Shown one piece after another: positions 61,657 through 64,000 of a stretch of 64,000 nt of DNA; within the stretch, counting starts at the first letter, position 1; the number at the start of each line of letters is the position of its first letter. The position numbers were made by a program, and so were the translations under genes. The notes under the pieces are model-generated. The model was not told where the DNA came from. It did no database searches and saw only the letters and a program-made list of their open reading frames with translations. This DNA comes from an uncultured Acidobacteriota bacterium (GTDB lineage Bacteria > Acidobacteriota > Thermoanaerobaculia > Multivoradales > UBA5704), in contig CAVYRF010000001.1 of NCBI GenBank assembly GCA_963770895.1, positions 608,001 to 672,000 on the forward strand, read 5' to 3'.

Positions 61657-63411
61657 ATGGCGACCCCGACGGCAGCAGCAGGCCAAACCACCCAGGCCCC
61701 CACCGCCGCGACCGCGGATCCGGCGCCCAAGTCTCCGCTGCCGGCGGCGGGTGGGGGGGCGCCCACCCAGGCCCCCAGGGCCGCCGCCACCATCGCCCCG
61801 CCGCCGCCCGCGGTCCCGCCGGCCGCTGCCATCGCCCCGCCGCCGCCCGCGGTCCCGCCGGCCGCCGCCGTCACCGTCGACGACGGCCGCCTCACCGGCG
61901 AGGACCTGCGCTTCATCCTGGGGCTCAAGCTCAAGCAGCTGCGCCATGCGCGCGGCCTCACCCTGCAGCGGCTGGCGGCGCTCTGCGGTCTGTCGGTGTC
62001 GTACCTGAGCGAGATCGAGAAGGGCAAGAAGTACCCCAAAGCCGCCAAGATGCTCGACCTGGCCGCCGCCCTGGGGGTGCCGTTCGAAGAGCTCATGTCG
62101 CCGCAGGTCGATGCCGAGCTGGCGCCGGTCAAGACGGTGTTCAGCACCGAGTTCCTGCAGAGCTTCCCCTTCGAGCTGTTCGGCGTCGATCCCGAAGATC
62201 TCTTCGGCATCGCCACCGGCCGCCCGGAACGGGTGGCGGCGCTCATCCGCGCCCTGCGCGACGTCGGGCGCACCTACGACGTGCAGGTCGAGCAGGTGCT
62301 GCTCGCCGCGCTGCGCTCCTACCAGCAGCTCAACCACAATCACTTTCCCCACCTCGAAGACGCCGCGGCCCGCTGCCGCGCCGAGCACGCCTGGCCGCCC
62401 GGCGAAGTCCCCTCCCCGGCGACGCTCGCCGCGGCGCTGGAGCGCGAGCACGGCTACCGGATCGACCTTGAAACCCTGCCGGCGGCGCCCGACCTGCGCG
62501 GCTTCCGCTCGGTCTACCTGGGCGGCCGGCCGCCGCGGCTGCTGGTCAACGGCAACCTGATGCCGTCGCAGCAGGCGTTCGTCCTGGCGCGCGAGCTCGG
62601 CTACCGCTACCTCGACCTCACCGGCAAGCGGGCGGTCACTTCGTCCTGGATCAAGGTGGAATCCTTCGAACAGGTGCTCAACAACTTCTACGCCTCCTAC
62701 TTTGCCGGCGCCCTGCTCATCGAGCGCGACCGGCTGGTGGCCGACCTGCGCCAGGTCTTCGCCCGCCGCATCTGGGACGCCGGCGCCCTGGCCGCCTGCA
62801 TCGGCCGCTACGGCGCCACCCCGGAACTGTTCTTCCACCGCCTGACCGAGCTGCTGCCGCAGCTGCTGGGCTTGCAGGAGATCTTCTTTTTGCGCTTCGC
62901 CCACGACGCCGGCCAGGTCTATCGCCTCAACAAGTTCCTCAACGTGTCGCGCGTGCCGGTGCCGCACGGCGTCGGCCCCGGCGAAACCTACTGCCGCCGC
63001 TGGCCCGCCCTGCGCCTGATGCGCCACCTGGAGCAGCAGCCGCGCCGGCCCCTGGCGCAGCCCGCGATCACCGCCGAGCGCTCCTCGTTCCTCGACGCCG
63101 GCGCGGAATTCATCGTCCTCACCATGGCCCGCCCCCTGACCCTGGCGAGCGACGCCACGTCCAGCGTTTCGGTCGGCATCCTGCTCGACGACGCCTGCAA
63201 GCGCACCATTGCCTTCTGGGACGATCCGGCCATCCCGCGCACCGTCGTCAACCTCAGCTGCGAGCGCTGCCCGCTGGCCCCCGCCGACTGCCACGAGCGC
63301 GCCGCCGCCCCCACCATCCTCTACCGCCTCGAAGCCCGCGCCCGCAAGGAAAGCGCCATCGCCGCCCTGCTGCGCACCGGCGCCCCGCCGCGGGTCGACC
63401 GCACCGGCTAG
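61657..63411 (+). CDS. XRE-family HTH regulator of glyoxylate genes (RamB/ScfR-like)
   Basis: GLKLKQLR...LSVSYLSEIEKGKKYP, LRSYQQLNHNHF, FVLARELG, NNFYASYFAGALL and CERC...C..R; divergent from aceB. Confidence 0.85.
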   Translation: MATPTAAAGQTTQAPTAATADPAPKSPLPAAGGGAPTQAPRAAATIAPPPPAVPPAAAIAPPPPAVPPAAAVTVDDGRLTGEDLRFILGLKLKQLRHARGLTLQRLAALCGLSVSYLSEIEKGKKYPKAAKMLDLAAALGVPFEELMSPQVDAELAPVKTVFSTEFLQSFPFELFGVDPEDLFGIATGRPERVAALIRALRDVGRTYDVQVEQVLLAALRSYQQLNHNHFPHLEDAAARCRAEHAWPPGEVPSPATLAAALEREHGYRIDLETLPAAPDLRGFRSVYLGGRPPRLLVNGNLMPSQQAFVLARELGYRYLDLTGKRAVTSSWIKVESFEQVLNNFYASYFAGALLIERDRLVADLRQVFARRIWDAGALAACIGRYGATPELFFHRLTELLPQLLGLQEIFFLRFAHDAGQVYRLNKFLNVSRVPVPHGVGPGETYCRRWPALRLMRHLEQQPRRPLAQPAITAERSSFLDAGAEFIVLTMARPLTLASDATSSVSVGILLDDACKRTIAFWDDPAIPRTVVNLSCERCPLAPADCHERAAAPTILYRLEARARKESAIAALLRTGAPPRVDRTG

Positions 63412-63424
63412 GCAGGGCCGGCTG

Positions 63425-63620
63425 GGCTGGGCCGGCGAGGCTGGGCCGGCGAGGCTGGGCCGGCGAGGCTGGGCCGGCGAGGCTGGGCCGGCGAGGCTGG
63501 GCCGGCGAGGCTGGGCCGGCGAGGCTGGGCCGGCGAGGCTGGGCCGGCGAGGCTGGGCCGGCGAGGCTGGGCCGGCGAGGCTGGGCCGGCGAGGCTGGGC
63601 CGGCGAGGCTGGGCCGGCGA
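63425..63620. repeat. Perfect tandem repeat, 14 x GGCTGGGCCGGCGA, followed by a degenerate 9-bp periodic tract to ~63730
   Basis: Counted directly in the sequence. Confidence 0.95.
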
Positions 63621-63812
63621 GGCCGGTGAGGCCGGCGCGGCCGTGAGATCGGCGAGGTCAGCGAAACCGGCGCGGCCGGCGAGGTTGACGCGGCCGGCGA
63701 GGTTGGCGCGGCCAGCGAGGCCGGCGACAGCCCTTGCCAGACGGCGCGAACCCTGGTATGCTTTTATAACAAGTTTGCTGGGTAACAACTGACTCCTTTG
63801 AGGTTGCGAGCG

Positions 63813-64000
63813 ATGCTGCCGTCTCGGTTCGTGCGGGCAAGTAGTATTTGCTGTGCTTCTCTGTGGCTGCTCGCGGCGCTGCCGCTGACTGCGGCGCCGC
63901 AGCCCGGTCCGGCTGCCGCAGGCCAGGAGCCCGCGGCGCCTGCCGTGGTTGCGGCGGTCGCGGCGGTCGCGGCGGTCGCCGAACCTGGCGCGGTGGCGGA
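63813..64000 (+). CDS. Start of a probable secreted protein (partial)
   Basis: GAGG upstream; MLPSRFVRASSICCASLWLLAALPLTAAPQ, signal-peptide-like; open at the window end. Confidence 0.45.
   Translation, partial: MLPSRFVRASSICCASLWLLAALPLTAAPQPGPAAAGQEPAAPAVVAAVAAVAAVAEPGAVA

Noticed and set aside
61479-62273. N-terminal extension of malate synthase in the 871-aa ORF
   Set aside because: It is antisense to the XRE regulator; the real start is at 61478 after GGAGG.
63425-63620. Possible CRISPR array
   Set aside because: The units are contiguous with no spacers, and there are no cas genes.

Overview
This is a high-GC (roughly 70%) bacterial window, most likely Acidobacteriota, class Thermoanaerobaculia. 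That assignment is inferred from lineage-typical domains. 1-14.6 kb encodes one giant secreted multidomain protein of >4,800 aa (HExxH peptidase, alpha/alpha barrel, CARDB, FlgD-Ig, Fn3, discoidin-like, propellers), split by a 1-nt frameshift at a G6 run and still open at the window edge. 15-26 kb is an accessory region with secreted proteins, two divergent RiPP precursor genes, a GT-C membrane protein, toxin-antitoxin modules and four copies of a structured non-coding repeat. 26-44 kb holds a serine hydrolase, an arylsulfotransferase, a MacAB-like exporter without an ATPase gene, a tandem-duplicated lipoprotein, a bufferin-like DUF692/DUF2063 RiPP cluster with a Tat-type Cys-rich precursor, a collapsed cfa-type operon, copA and modA. 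44-64 kb holds more TA modules, a third hidden RiPP precursor, an IS200-type miniature element, a CocE/NonD hydrolase, ankyrin and TPR proteins, GT4, radical SAM and S53 protease genes, an Fpg-like glycosylase, a stand-alone TIR-domain gene, aceB with its divergent XRE regulator, and a 14-bp tandem repeat. The best novelty candidates are the dispersed orphan precursor family (conserved leader, unrelated cores), the structured repeat that alternates with small gene modules, and the orphan TIR fusion. All calls come from reading the sequence; no database searches were run.
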